Assembly: GCA_963718235.1 (NCBI GenBank) | Contig: CAVQYR010000001.1 | Span: 2,144,001-2,208,000, forward strand | From: an uncultured Actinomycetota bacterium | GTDB taxonomy: Bacteria; Actinomycetota; Actinomycetes; JAHEKZ01 | Length of the DNA: 64,000 nucleotides | Direction of reading: 5' to 3' | In this document: piece after piece, positions 10,439 to 26,078 of the stretch | How positions within the stretch are numbered: the stretch's first letter is position 1 | Layout of the letters: each line of letters begins with the position of its first letter | Made by a program: the position numbers and the translations under genes | The notes under the pieces: model-generated | Told to the model about the DNA's origin: nothing | What the model saw: the letters and a program-made list of their open reading frames with translations, nothing else | Database searches by the model: none

Positions 10439-10454
10439 TGGCGCAGATTCGCCA
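10439..10454. promoter_or_regulatory. Inverted repeat TGGCG-N6-CGCCA, candidate operator between peptidase and regulator
   Basis: TGGCGCAGATTCGCCA in the divergent intergenic region. Confidence 0.45.
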
Positions 10455-10482
10455 CGGGTAGCGCGGCAACCAGGGGGTCGAA

Positions 10483-11517
10483 GTGGCACTCACCGGGCTG
10501 GGCCTGACCGCTGCCGACGCAGCGGCCTACCACCTCCTCGTGGCGGCGGACTCGGCGACGCCGGACGACCTCGTGCCCGGGTGCGCCGCCGACGCGCGCG
10601 CGGCCAGGACCCTGCTGGAGGGTCTGGCGAGCCGAGGACTGGCTGCCCGGTCGGGAACCTCACCGGACCGCTACGTCGCCTCGCCCCCCAGTGTCGCCCT
10701 GGGCGCGATGCTGCTGGCCCGGCAGCAGGAGCTACGCAGCGCGGAGCTGGAGATCACCGAGCTGACCGGTGCCTACCGCGACCGCTCCGGGGCCCGCAGC
10801 GCTCGAGACGTCGTCGACGTGGTGCTCGGTGCGACCGCCGTCGCCCAGCGGTTCAGCCAGCTCCAGGCCGGCGCCCAGGAGGAGGTGCTGGCGTTCGTCC
10901 TGCCGTCGGTGGAGGTGGTCTCGGGCGAGGAGAACGTCGAGGAGGACCGCGCGGCGTCGCGCGGCGTGCAGTACCGGATCCTGCTCGAACGCGGGGTCCT
11001 GGACCGGCCCGGGTCGCGGCAGGTGATGGACCATGCCATGGGTCAAGGTGAGCAGGTGCGCGTCACGAGCCAGCTGCCCGGGCGGCTGCTCGTGGCCGAC
11101 CGCGCGATCGCTCTCGTGCCGATGCGTCCTGCCGGGGGCACCGAGGAGCCGAGTGCCCTGCTGGTGCACGCGAGCCCGCTGCTCGACTTCGTCGTCGAGC
11201 TGTTCGACGCCTACTGGCGTCACGCCGTGCCGTTGCTGCCGACGGGCGATGCCTCCGGTCCGGAGCTGTCGTACCTGGACCGGAGGGTGCTGGGACTGCT
11301 GACCGCCGGGCTGACCGACGCGGCCACGGCCAAGCACCTCGGCCTCTCGCTGCGCACGGTGCAGCGCCGAGTGCGGACGCTCATGGACCTGGCCGACGTG
11401 CAGACCCGCTTCCAGCTCGGCCTCGAGGTCACCCGTCGCGCTTGGTTGTCCCCGCCGCGCGACGCGGGGCACCGCCGGGGTGGGAACGAGTCCCAGCCCG
11501 GCGATGCCCAACGGTAG
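10483..11517 (+). CDS. TrmB-like N-terminal / LuxR-type C-terminal HTH regulator
   Basis: N-terminal wHTH, C-terminal GLTDAATAKHLGLSLRTVQRRV. Confidence 0.85.
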   Translation: MALTGLGLTAADAAAYHLLVAADSATPDDLVPGCAADARAARTLLEGLASRGLAARSGTSPDRYVASPPSVALGAMLLARQQELRSAELEITELTGAYRDRSGARSARDVVDVVLGATAVAQRFSQLQAGAQEEVLAFVLPSVEVVSGEENVEEDRAASRGVQYRILLERGVLDRPGSRQVMDHAMGQGEQVRVTSQLPGRLLVADRAIALVPMRPAGGTEEPSALLVHASPLLDFVVELFDAYWRHAVPLLPTGDASGPELSYLDRRVLGLLTAGLTDAATAKHLGLSLRTVQRRVRTLMDLADVQTRFQLGLEVTRRAWLSPPRDAGHRRGGNESQPGDAQR

Positions 11518-11545
11518 GTCAGCGGTAGCCCAGCGCTGGCGTGCG

Positions 11546-13776
<2,231 letters not shown>

Positions 13777-14226
13777 CTAGCTCTTCGGTGGGTGATCGGG
13801 AACGGTTGCGGTGGAGCAGGAGGGACACAGGCCCCAGTACGTGACCTCGGCCTCGTCGATCGCGAAGCCGTGGTCCTGCGAGGCGGTCAGACAGGGCGTG
13901 TACCCGACCGCACAGTCGACGTCGGCGATCGAACCGCACGAGCGGCACACGACGTGGTGGTGGTTGTCGGCAACCCGGGACTCGTAGCAGGCCACCGAGC
14001 CCGCAGGCTCGATCCGTCGGACGAGGCTGGCTGTGGTCAGCGCCCGCAGCACGTCGTAGACGGCCTGCGTGGACACCTCGCCGAGGTCTCCGCGCACCAC
14101 GCCGATGATCGTGTCGGTGTCGGCATGCGGATGGTCGTAGACCGCGGTCAGCACAGCCACGCGGGGACGCGTCACCCGCAGACCGGCCCCGCGCAGCAGG
14201 CGCTCGAGCTCAGTCGTCGTGGGCAC
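13777..14226 (-). CDS. furA: Fur-family regulator FurA
   Basis: GLRVTRPR, HHHVVCRSC, WGLCPSC; directly upstream of katG. Confidence 0.93.
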   Translation of the reverse strand: MPTTTELERLLRGAGLRVTRPRVAVLTAVYDHPHADTDTIIGVVRGDLGEVSTQAVYDVLRALTTASLVRRIEPAGSVACYESRVADNHHHVVCRSCGSIADVDCAVGYTPCLTASQDHGFAIDEAEVTYWGLCPSCSTATVPDHPPKS

Positions 14227-14243
14227 CCTCCGAGTCTGGCCCG

Positions 14244-14263
14244 TTTTCTGGAATGAGTCAAGA
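14244..14263 (-). promoter_or_regulatory. FurA box overlapping the -35 of the furA promoter
   Basis: TCTTGACTCATTCCAGAAAA, AT-rich, close to the mycobacterial furA autoregulatory site as I recall it. Confidence 0.7.
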
Positions 14264-14307
14264 GAACGGCCGCGGCTGTCGAGGACCTGCGCGGTGACGC
14301 TGTCGGG

Positions 14308-14481
14308 TCAGGCGCCCCCGGCGAGCCGAAGAATGCGGGTCTGCTCGTCCCAGTCGGTCCCGAACCCGGGCGCCGGAGACACCGGCTGGTCGGTGGACTG
14401 CTGCTCGATGGGGACCTGAACCTCGCGCTCGAGGTCCTCGAGGTCCCCGGCGTAGGGGTTGCGGCCCTCGGTGTCTCGCAT
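14308..14481 (-). CDS. Small acidic hypothetical protein (57 aa)
   Basis: MRDTEGRNPYAGDLEDLERE...ILRLAGGA; host-like codons, fills the gap between furA and the methyltransferase. Confidence 0.6.
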   Translation of the reverse strand: MRDTEGRNPYAGDLEDLEREVQVPIEQQSTDQPVSPAPGFGTDWDEQTRILRLAGGA

Positions 14482-14569
14482 ACGTCGACTATCGACCTCG
14501 CCCGGCCCGCGGGCAAGCGCGGCTCGGAAACCCGTTGCGTGGCGCGGCACAACCTGGCTCACTGACGCC

Positions 14570-15302
14570 ATGGACGGGTACGAGCCCATGGCGAGCTTCG
14601 ACGAGGACGCGGCAGCGATCTACGACGACCAGCCGCGTGGTGACGAGGCGGACGCGGTCGCCTTCCTCGAGCAGCTCGCCCAGGGCGGACCAGTCCTCGA
14701 GCTGGCGATCGGCACGGGTCGGATCGGGCTCCCGCTGGCAGCCAAGGGGCTTCGCGTCGACGGGATCGACCTGTCCCCCGCGATGGTCGCCCGGCTTCGG
14801 GCGAAGCCGGGCGGCGACCGGCTCGCCGTCACGATCGGTGACTTCGCCGACGTCGCCGTCGACGGCACGTACCCGCTGGTCTACCTCGTGTACAACACGC
14901 TGTTCAACCTGCTGACCCAGGAGGACCAGGTCCGCTGCTTCGAGAACGTGGCCGATCACCTGACCGACGAGGGGTGCTTCGTCGTCGAGGCCTTCGTTCC
15001 CAGCTTCCTGTACCGGCTGCGCAACGACCAGTACGTCGACGCCGAGGAGGTAGGTCTGTCCGAGGTGTGGCTCGACGTCGGCATTCACGACCCGGTTGCC
15101 CAGCGGCTCGACGAGAGTCATGTCGCACTGTCCCGTGATGGCGTACGCGTATACCCGATCGTCTCGCGCTACTCCTGGCCGAGCGAGCTCGACCTGATGG
15201 CCAGGATCGCAGGGCTTCGCCTCGAGCAGCGTTGGGGAGGGTGGAACCACGAGCCATTCACCGCGTCCAGCTCGCTGCACGTCTCCGTCTACGGTCGGTG
15301 GA
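14570..15302 (+). CDS. Class I SAM-dependent methyltransferase; stop apparently lost by 1-nt insertion
   Basis: VLELAIGTGR, IDLS, WPSELDLMAR; domain ends HVSVYGR followed by TGGA (TGA plus one G). Confidence 0.85.
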
Positions 15303-15386
15303 CAAAGGCCGAGCACTTGACCCGCTCGACGAGGTCGGTCCACGGCCAGGGCCCGGAAACCAGGTCGCGGCCGGCGCGGGTGAGCG

Positions 15387-15964
15387 TCAGCTGTCGGGTC
15401 GGAACGGGTTCGATGCATCCCGAAGAGGAACTCGTCGACCCGCTGGCCGTGCTCGTCCTCGCCGCTCTCGGACAGCAGCGCCTCCCGATCGAAGCCGGCC
15501 CTCTCCAGCAGCCGCATCGAGCGCACGTTGTCGGTGAGGACCTTCGCCTCGACGCGCTGGAGCCCCATCGGCCCGAAGGCGAAGTCCAGCACGGTGTCGA
15601 GGGCCTCGGACATGAGGCCACGCCCCCAGAAGGGTGGTGCCAAGTCATAGCCCAGCTCGGCCTGGGCCAGTGGCTCATCGACCCACGCGTACAAGCCGAT
15701 CGACCCGATCAGAGCTGGATCGTGCTGCAAGGCGATCCCCCATCGGAACCCCCCTCGGTCGGCGAACAGGTCGAGAACGTACTCGCGCAGCTCACCCTCG
15801 GCTGCTCTGCGGTCGGCCGGCGCTGCGAAGCCCTGGCCGTGCACGATCTCCGGCAGCGAGAAGTGCGCGAGGTACCAGTCGCAGTCGGTGGCCGTGATCT
15901 CGCGCAGCACCAGCCGACGGGTGGCAAGTGCTGGGAAGTGGGGGAACGCGCGGGCCCGGTCCAT
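15387..15964 (-). CDS. RimJ/RimL-family GNAT acetyltransferase; 3' end probably frameshifted
   Basis: LATRRLVLRE, AELGYDL..FWGRGLMSEAL, NVRSMRLLERAGF; off-frame TGA at 15387-15389. Confidence 0.85.
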
Positions 15965-16007
15965 CTGTCGAGTCTCTCAAGGCGACGCAGCGAATCGAGC
16001 GACTTGA

Positions 16008-17450
16008 TCAGCTGTCGGACAAGTCCTGGAACGAAGGCATCCGTCCGTCCCACCAGGGCCGGATCTGCTCCAGTGCCGCACCGACCCGGAACGCGGTGAC
16101 GTCGTCGTACGTGCGGGCCACGATCTGGATGCCCGTCGGGACGCCGTTGTCGGCGAAGCCGGAGGGCACGTTCAGCACGGGGCAGCGACTGGCGAGGTTG
16201 AACACCGGGGTCATCATGGAGTCGAAGTAGTTGTCGAGGGTGACCCCACCCACGTCGAGTCCGTGACCCACGTAACCGTCGCCGGCGACCAACCCGCGGG
16301 TAGCGGTCGTCGGGCAGATCAGCGCGTCGTACCGCTCGAACAGCGCACCGATCGGCGCCCAGATCCTGGTCTCCAGGTCCATGCCCTCCAGCACGGTGAG
16401 GCCGGCACCCATGGAGGCAGTCATCTCAGCGAAGTCGATCGCGTAGTCGTTGAGCAGGTCTCGGTGCTCCTCGGCGATACCACCGATCCACGCCGCGAAC
16501 ATCGACTGGTAGTGAACGCTGATCGCCTGCATCAGCAGGTCGCGGTCCAGGTGGTAGTCGACCTCCTCCACGACCGCTCCTGCATCACGCAGGGACTCCG
16601 CAGCAGCGCGGGTGTTGGCGACGACCTCCGGGTCGACCGGCCAGCCACCGAAGTCGACCGAGTAGCCGATCCGGAGGCCGGCCACCCCGTCCAGCTGGGC
16701 AGGGATCTCCAGCTTCGGACGCAAAGACGTGTGGTCGGCCGGGTGCGGGCCGGCCAGCGCGTTCTCGAACAGGGCGCAGTCGGCGACCGTGCGGGCCAGT
16801 GGGCCGTTGTGGCAGTAAGTGTCCATGTTGAAGGGCACCTCGACCGGCACCCGTCCATAGGGCGGCTTGAAGCCGACCACGCCGTTGAAGGATGCGGGGA
16901 TCCGGATCGAGCCGCCGATGTCGGATCCACTCGCCAGGGTGCTGGTGCCGGCCGCCAGCGAGGCACCGGACCCACCGGACGACCCACCCACCCCGTAGTG
17001 CAGGTTCCAGGGGTTTCGGGTGACCCCGTACAGCCGGGAGTGGGTGAACCCGGCGCAGGAGAACTCAGGTGTCGTGGTGCGGGCATGCACGATGCCACCG
17101 GCGCCCAGGATGCGCTCTGCGGTCGGACCCGTCGAATCCGCAACCTCGTCCTGGTAGACCAACGACGCCATCGTGGCCGGCTCGCCCTCGACATCCACCT
17201 CGTCCTTCAGCGCAACCGGCAGCCCCTCCAGGGGGCGCGCATCCTCTGGCCGACGCGCGTAGACGGCCTCGGCCTGCTTGGCCTGCTCGAGAGCCCGGTC
17301 GTAGTACGTGTGGCAGAACGCGTTGACCTGAGGGTCGACGGCATCAGCGCGGGCGATCACCGCCTCCATCAGCTCGACCGGCGAGAGCTCCCGCGAACGG
17401 AACCTGGCCAGCGCGTCCGTGGCCGAGATGTAGTGGAGGTCGGTCATCAC
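16008..17450 (-). CDS. Amidase-signature family enzyme
   Basis: LKD, GGSSGGS, GSDIGGSIRIPA (Ser-cisSer-Lys triad). Confidence 0.92.
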   Translation of the reverse strand: MMTDLHYISATDALARFRSRELSPVELMEAVIARADAVDPQVNAFCHTYYDRALEQAKQAEAVYARRPEDARPLEGLPVALKDEVDVEGEPATMASLVYQDEVADSTGPTAERILGAGGIVHARTTTPEFSCAGFTHSRLYGVTRNPWNLHYGVGGSSGGSGASLAAGTSTLASGSDIGGSIRIPASFNGVVGFKPPYGRVPVEVPFNMDTYCHNGPLARTVADCALFENALAGPHPADHTSLRPKLEIPAQLDGVAGLRIGYSVDFGGWPVDPEVVANTRAAAESLRDAGAVVEEVDYHLDRDLLMQAISVHYQSMFAAWIGGIAEEHRDLLNDYAIDFAEMTASMGAGLTVLEGMDLETRIWAPIGALFERYDALICPTTATRGLVAGDGYVGHGLDVGGVTLDNYFDSMMTPVFNLASRCPVLNVPSGFADNGVPTGIQIVARTYDDVTAFRVGAALEQIRPWWDGRMPSFQDLSDS

Positions 17451-17618
17451 ACAGTCCTCTTCCTGCTGGTCGGGCGGTCGGCCCCACCCTGCCTCTATGG
17501 CTGCCGTCGCTCACCACCGGCCGCCCGCGTCGGCTACGACGACGATGCCAGACTGAGCGTGCCCGGATCGACGAGGTCCCCCAGGACCCGCCCAGCCCCA
17601 CACCGTCGAGGAGCACGT

Positions 17619-18789
17619 ATGCCCGACCCGACCTCGCCCCGTCCGACCGTGGAGGGCCAGCCGAGGGCACGCGACCTCGGGATCCCGTTCCCGGGAACAC
17701 CCGGTCGGCACAACGCCATCACCGACGTCGACGGCGTGACCGTCGGCATGGTGACGCTGGTCGAGGGCGAGGGCCCCATGGTGGTGGGCGAGGGACCGGT
17801 GCGCACGGGCGTGACCGCCATCCTGCCGAGGGGGGCAGCAGGAGTGGGTGACGCCTGCGCCGCAGGCTGGTACTCGCTGAACGGCAACGGGGAGATGACC
17901 GGCACGACCTGGATCGAGGAGGTGGGGTCGCTCGCCTTCCCGATCCTGCTGACCAACACCCACGCGGTGGGCGCCTGCCATACCGGCGCCGTGCGCTGGA
18001 TCGGTCGCCAGAACCCGTACCTCGCCACCCAGTGGCTGCTGCCCGTCGTTGCCGAGACGTGGGACGGCTACCTCAACGACATCAACGGCGAGCACGTCAC
18101 GGCCGAGCACGCATGCGCTGCGCTGGACGCCGCTGACTCCGGTCCGGTTGCCGAAGGCTCGGTGGGTGGTGGCACGGGGATGAACTGCTACGGGTTCAAG
18201 GGCGGGTCCGGGTCGGCGTCCAGGGTCGTGGGCTACGGCACCCGACAGCACACGGTCGGTGCGTTCGTCCAGGCCAACTTCGGTGAGCGCCAGCGAGCTG
18301 TCGATCGCCGGGGTCCGGCTCGGGGAGACTCTTCGCGAGGACAACCCGATGGAGAACGACGACTGGTTCGAGCGCGACGGCCAACGGGCGCAGGTCGGTG
18401 GTGTCGGTTCGGTGATCGTCATCGTGGCCACCGATGCACCGCTGCTGCCCGGCCAGTGCAAGGCCCTCGCCCGACGGGTCCCGCTCGGGCTGGCCCGCAC
18501 TGGCACCGCCGGAGGTCACTTCTCCGGTGACATCTTCCTGGCGTTCTCCACGGCGAACCAGGGTCGGCTGGCCAGCCGGATCCCGACCAGTGCCCCCGAG
18601 GGCTACGAGGCGGTCGAGTACGTGCCGTGGGGACACATCGACCCGTTCTACACAGCCGTCGTCGAGGCGGTCGAGGAGGCGGTCGTCAATGCCCTTGTCG
18701 TCAACGCCGACATGGTCGGACGGGACGGCCACCGCAGCCCTGCGCTCCCCCACGCACCCCTGATCCACGCGCTGGCCGGGAGATCCTGA
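17619..18789 (+). CDS. DmpA / P1 (S58) aminopeptidase; frameshift near 18290
   Basis: NAITDVDGV, NGNGEMTG, VVAETWDGYLND, GGGTGM, ANFG then GSVIVIVATDAP, SGDIFLAFST in the next frame. Confidence 0.9.
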
Positions 18790-18794
18790 CGGAC

Positions 18795-21567
<2,773 letters not shown>

Positions 21568-21609
21568 CAAGGTGGGCGACCAGCAGACACCGACTTGGCT
21601 GGGGTCCCG

Positions 21610-22047
21610 ATGAGCGGGTACCGCGTTCCGACCGTCCTCTGGGCCGTTGCTGCCCTGGAGACCGTTCTGGCGCTCGTGGCGAGCGTGGCTGACTGGCCGG
21701 CGCAGTTCGCGGCCGACGGCGGCTCACCCGACGGCGCTGTGCAGTGGCTGGTCGAGGGCTCGGCGGTGTCGGCGCCCCTGGCTCTCCTCCTGCTGATGAT
21801 CGTGACCGGTGCACTCGCCACGCGAAGGGGCTGGATCGGAGTGCTGGGCGACCTCATGGCTTTGCCCCTGGCGGCGGTGAACCTCGTCGGGGCGCTCGGC
21901 GAGAGCCTGGCCCCCGACCCCGTCACGGCTCCACGAGGCGTGCTCGTCGCGTCAGGTGCTCTTGGCGTGGTCGTCGCCGTCATCGTCGTCTGGGCCGTGG
22001 CCCACGACCTGCGCGTGCGCCGGGCGCCCAAGCCGGTGCGCCACTGA
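21610..22047 (+). CDS. Hypothetical membrane protein (about 4 TM)
   Basis: Hydrophobic helices, co-oriented with neighbours. Confidence 0.6.
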   Translation: MSGYRVPTVLWAVAALETVLALVASVADWPAQFAADGGSPDGAVQWLVEGSAVSAPLALLLLMIVTGALATRRGWIGVLGDLMALPLAAVNLVGALGESLAPDPVTAPRGVLVASGALGVVVAVIVVWAVAHDLRVRRAPKPVRH

Positions 22048-22089
22048 CGACTGCCCGACTTGTCGGCGTACCCGGGTAGGTTTCCCAGC

Positions 22090-22887
22090 ATGAGCGCAGA
22101 GCTGGACTACCTCGACCATCTGGTGCGGGAGTCGGAGCGGTTCCTCGACGTGCTGAGCGACGCCTCCCCTGATGCCCCGGTTCCCACCTGCCCCGACTGG
22201 AACGCCGACGACCTGCTCTGGCACCTGGCCGAGGTGCAGTGGTTCTGGGGCACGATCGTGCGCGAAGGGCTGACCGGAGACGAGGCCGAGGAGCGCAAGC
22301 CCGCCCGTCCCGCGGAGCGCGCCACTCTCATGGGGTTCTTCACCCGGTCGAGCAGCGACCTCGTGACCGTGCTCACCGACGCACCCCCGGGTACCCACGC
22401 CTGGACATGGTCGGCCGAACAGACCGTGGGCTTCATCCGCAGGCGTCAGGCACACGAGGCGCTGATCCACCGGGTCGATGCCGAGCTCACCGCCGGAAGC
22501 CGTACCGCCATGGACCCGCAGCTCAGTGCTGATGGCGTCGACGAGGCGCTGCGGATCATGTACGGCGGCACTCCCCCGTGGGGTTCCTTCACCCCTGACG
22601 CCGACACGTCGATTCGGTTGCGCTCCACCGACACCGGTCACTCATGGCTCGTCACGCTGGGCCGCTTCACCGGCACCGATCCCGACACCGGCACCGCTTA
22701 CGACGAGCCCGACCTGCACGCCGACGACGTCGACGCAGGGGCTGACGCGGTTGCCACCGTGAGCGGTACCGCCGAAGACCTCGACTGCTGGCTCTGGCAC
22801 CGACCCACCCAGGCACCGCTGGCACGGTCAGGCGACCCGTCGGTGCTGGGGCGACTCGAGGCGACGATCGCCGCCGGGATCAACTGA
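22090..22887 (+). CDS. Mycothiol-dependent maleylpyruvate isomerase (MDMPI) family protein
   Basis: VPTCPDW..DLLWHL, RRQAHEALIHRVD, DGVDE. Confidence 0.88.
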   Translation: MSAELDYLDHLVRESERFLDVLSDASPDAPVPTCPDWNADDLLWHLAEVQWFWGTIVREGLTGDEAEERKPARPAERATLMGFFTRSSSDLVTVLTDAPPGTHAWTWSAEQTVGFIRRRQAHEALIHRVDAELTAGSRTAMDPQLSADGVDEALRIMYGGTPPWGSFTPDADTSIRLRSTDTGHSWLVTLGRFTGTDPDTGTAYDEPDLHADDVDAGADAVATVSGTAEDLDCWLWHRPTQAPLARSGDPSVLGRLEATIAAGIN

Positions 22888-22961
22888 CGCGGCGCGGCGG
22901 GACCAGGACACGGGCATGAGGTCCCTGTCCCGGTGACACTCGGGGGCCTAGCGTTGCGGGC

Positions 22962-23849
22962 ATGAGTCTCGCGATCCGCATGGACGGCGTCGTCAAGACC
23001 TTCGGCCGTACCCGCGCACTCGACGGGCTGGACCTTCGGATCGAGACCGGCGAGGTGCACGGGTTCCTGGGACCCAACGGTGCGGGAAAGACGACGGCAC
23101 TGCGGGTGCTGCTCGGACTGCTGAAGGCCGACTCCGGCACGTCTGAGGTCTTGGGCGGCGATCCCTGGCGTGACGCGGTGTCCCTGCACCGCCGGCTGGC
23201 GTACGTGCCTGGCGACGTCGCCTTGTGGCCGACCCTCACCGGCGGTGAGGTGATCGACCTGCTCGGCCGACTGAGGGGTGGGCTGAACCCCCAGCGCCGG
23301 GCTGACCTGCTGGAGCGCTTTGACCTGGACCCGACGAAGAAGGCCCGCACCTACAGCAAGGGCAACCGACAGAAGGTGGCCCTCATCGCCGCCCTGGCGT
23401 CCGACGTCGAGCTGCTGCTGCTCGACGAGCCGACCTTCGGGCTGGACCCGCTGATGGAGGCGTCGTTCCGCGAGATCATCCATGACGAGCGCGGGAGCGG
23501 GCGCACCGTCCTGCTCTCCAGCCACATCCTCGCCGAGGCCGAGGCTCTGAGTGACCGGGTGAGCATCATCCGGGCGGGTCGCGTGGTGGAGTCGGGCACG
23601 CTCGCCGAGATGCGGCACCTCACCCGCACCTCGATCAACGCTGAGCTCCGCCAGGCGCCGGTGGGCCTGGCGCAGCTCACCGGCGTCCACGACGTCGTGG
23701 TCGACGGCAACCGGGTCACGTGCCAGGTGGACGACGCCGCGCTCACCGACGTGCTCGCCCTGCTCGGTTCGCTGGGAGTGGTCAGTATGACCAGCCACCC
23801 ACCGACGTTGGAGGAGCTGTTCCTGCAGCACTACGAGATCACCCGATGA
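22962..23849 (+). CDS. ABC-2 exporter ATP-binding subunit
   Basis: [27 protein letters not shown]. Confidence 0.93.
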   Translation: MSLAIRMDGVVKTFGRTRALDGLDLRIETGEVHGFLGPNGAGKTTALRVLLGLLKADSGTSEVLGGDPWRDAVSLHRRLAYVPGDVALWPTLTGGEVIDLLGRLRGGLNPQRRADLLERFDLDPTKKARTYSKGNRQKVALIAALASDVELLLLDEPTFGLDPLMEASFREIIHDERGSGRTVLLSSHILAEAEALSDRVSIIRAGRVVESGTLAEMRHLTRTSINAELRQAPVGLAQLTGVHDVVVDGNRVTCQVDDAALTDVLALLGSLGVVSMTSHPPTLEELFLQHYEITR

Positions 23850-25450
23850 GTGAGCTCACCGGCACCTGGTCGATGACCCGGCTGGCGCTGCGCCGCGACC
23901 GTGTGCTGGTGCCGGCGTGGGCTGCGGTCTTCGTGTTCTCGATCGTGTCCTCAGCCTTCGCGACCGTCGGGCTGTATCCGGCCGCCGCCTCCCGCATCCA
24001 AGCCGCCTCAGCCATCAACGACATCCCTGCTCTCGTGGCGCTCTACGGGCGCATCTGGGACCCCACGTCGCTCGGCGCGCTGTCCATCATGAAGCTCAGC
24101 GGGCTCGTCGCAGCGCTGCTGGCGGTGTTCTCGGTGATCCTCGTGGTCCGGCACACCCGCGCCGAGGAGGAGACCGGGCGCCTCGAGCTGCTGGGCGCCA
24201 CCGCCATGGGACGTCGTGCCGCGCTCACCGCGGCGCTGCTCGTCGCCTTCGCCAGCATGCTGGTGATCGGTGTCCTCACCGCTGTTGGCCAGACGGCGGC
24301 CGGGCTGCCCGCCGCCGGTTCGTGGGCCTTCGGCCTGGCGCTCGCCACGACCGGCATGTCGTTCGCTGCCGTCGCAGCGGTCACCGCGCAGCTGACCATC
24401 GGCGCACGCTCGGCGGTCGGCGCCGCCCTCACCGTGCTCGCGGTCGCCTACGTCCTGAGGGCCGTCGGCGACGTGTCCGGAGGTCCTGGGGGGTCCTCGG
24501 TGTGGTCCTGGCTGTCCCCCGTCGGGTGGGGCCAACAGGTGCGCCCGTACGCCGGTGACCGCTGGTGGGTCCTGCTGCTGCCGGTCACGTTTTGCGTGGT
24601 CACCGTGGGTGCCGCCTTCGTCCTGGCGTCACGCCGCGACCTCGGTGCGGGGCTGCTTCCGGACCGGATCGGTCCGCACAGTGCGCCCGGCTGGTTGTCC
24701 TCACCGCTCGGGCTGGCCTGGCGGCTGCAGCGCGCCCTCCTGCTCGGGTGGGCGCTGGGGTACCTGATCCTCGGTCTCGTCTTTGGCGCCATCGCCTCCG
24801 ATGTCGGCAGCATGCTGGACAGCCAGCAGGCACAGGAGATGATCGCCCGGCTCGGGGGCACCCACGTGCTCACCGACGCGTTCATGGCCGCAGAGCTGGG
24901 GATCAGTGCGTTCATCACCTCCGCCTACGGAATCTCCGTGGCGCTGCGCCTGCACTCCGAGGAGGTGGCCGGCCACGCGGAGCCCCTGCTCGCCGGCTCC
25001 GTTGCACGCACCCGCTTCCTGGCCAGCCACGTCATCGTGGCCGTGGCCGGGACCACGCTGCTCACCGTGATCCTTGGCGTCAGCGCGGCGGTCGCCAACG
25101 CCGTCCAGCTCGGGTCGACGGAGCGGGTCGGGGCGGTCCTTGGTGGCGCATTGGTCCAGCTGCCGGCGATCTGGGTCATGACCGCCCTTGCGGTGGCCCT
25201 GTTCGGCTTCGTTCCCCGACTGGTCGTCCTCGCCTGGGTGGCCCTCGTTGCCGCCGTGCTCGTCGAGGAGATCGGCGCGCTGCTCGAGCTACCGCACTGG
25301 TTCCAGCAGCTGTCGCCGTTCGCCCACCTGCCCAGCCTTCCCGGCGGGGTGATGTCGTGGCCACCCGTACTCGTGCTCCTCGTGGTCGCCGGCGCACTGA
25401 CGGCATTCGGCGCCGTGGGTTTCCGTCGCCGCGACCTCGACACTCCCTGA
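23846..25450 (+). CDS. ABC-2 exporter permease (polyether/antibiotic export-like)
   Basis: ATGA overlap; [26 protein letters not shown] motifs; many TM helices. Confidence 0.88.
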   Translation: MSELTGTWSMTRLALRRDRVLVPAWAAVFVFSIVSSAFATVGLYPAAASRIQAASAINDIPALVALYGRIWDPTSLGALSIMKLSGLVAALLAVFSVILVVRHTRAEEETGRLELLGATAMGRRAALTAALLVAFASMLVIGVLTAVGQTAAGLPAAGSWAFGLALATTGMSFAAVAAVTAQLTIGARSAVGAALTVLAVAYVLRAVGDVSGGPGGSSVWSWLSPVGWGQQVRPYAGDRWWVLLLPVTFCVVTVGAAFVLASRRDLGAGLLPDRIGPHSAPGWLSSPLGLAWRLQRALLLGWALGYLILGLVFGAIASDVGSMLDSQQAQEMIARLGGTHVLTDAFMAAELGISAFITSAYGISVALRLHSEEVAGHAEPLLAGSVARTRFLASHVIVAVAGTTLLTVILGVSAAVANAVQLGSTERVGAVLGGALVQLPAIWVMTALAVALFGFVPRLVVLAWVALVAAVLVEEIGALLELPHWFQQLSPFAHLPSLPGGVMSWPPVLVLLVVAGALTAFGAVGFRRRDLDTP

Positions 25451-25537
25451 CCGAGGACCATGTCCTCTGGCCCATGTGTCGGTGCCGTGATGGGCTGGAT
25501 TAGTAGAGGTCCGTACTGCGCGCGAAGGAGGTTGGAC

Positions 25538-25972
25538 ATGACAACGCTTGCCAAGCAACGCCCGAGCATCGCTGACCTGCTCTGGTCAGCCTGGCCGTTC
25601 GACAGCCCGCTCGAGGTCTCGTCGTCAGGGGCCATGGCGATGCGCCTGGAGGAGTTCGTCGACGGAGACATGTTGGTCGTCAAGGCAGAGCTGCCGGGGC
25701 TCGACCCGGAGAAGGACGTCGAGATCACGGTTGCCGACGGGGTCCTCACCCTCTCGGCCGAACGCCGTGAGGAGATCACCGAGGGCGAGGCCGGCAAGTC
25801 CGGCTACCGCTCGGAGTTCCGGTACGGCTCGTACCGTCGCAGTCTGACCCTGCCGGCCGGCGCGACTGCCGACGACGTGAAGGCCAGCTACGCCGACGGC
25901 ATCCTCGAAGTCCGGATCCCGGTCGCCAAGGCTGCGCCGACGCCGCAGAAGATCGAGGTGACTCGCGTCTGA
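25538..25972 (+). CDS. Hsp20/alpha-crystallin small heat-shock protein
   Basis: RBS AAGGAGG; AELPGLD, SEFRYGS, ASYADGILEV. Confidence 0.93.
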   Translation: MTTLAKQRPSIADLLWSAWPFDSPLEVSSSGAMAMRLEEFVDGDMLVVKAELPGLDPEKDVEITVADGVLTLSAERREEITEGEAGKSGYRSEFRYGSYRRSLTLPAGATADDVKASYADGILEVRIPVAKAAPTPQKIEVTRV

Positions 25973-26007
25973 CGCACGTCACAGGATCGTCAGACCGATA
26001 GGCGAAT

Positions 26008-26039
26008 GAGTGGGCCCGGCCAGCTGGCCGGGCCCACTC
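26008..26039. terminator. Perfect 32-bp palindrome (probable terminator hairpin after hsp20)
   Basis: GAGTGGGCCCGGCCAG|CTGGCCGGGCCCACTC. Confidence 0.7.
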
Positions 26040-26078
26040 GTCGAAGTCACAGGATCGACGGAGTCCGGCCGAACCCGC

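Noticed and set aside
14459-16099. Apparent 1.5-kb fully overlapping antisense ORFs (546 aa methyltransferase, 491 aa GNAT)
   Set aside because: Each domain ends beside an off-frame TGA (about 15300 and 15388). Single-base errors plus stop-poor GC-rich antisense frames explain the extensions.
16263-18530. 755-aa ORF suggesting a long N-terminal fusion to DmpA
   Set aside because: The upstream part is the antisense shadow of the amidase. The real start is ATG 17619 after GAGGAG.
22899-25467. DosR-like GGGAC-N4-GNCCC boxes upstream of the ABC operon and hsp20 (also 52369-52396)
   Set aside because: Matches are degenerate and GC-rich with atypical spacing, so they cannot be told from chance without a PWM scan.
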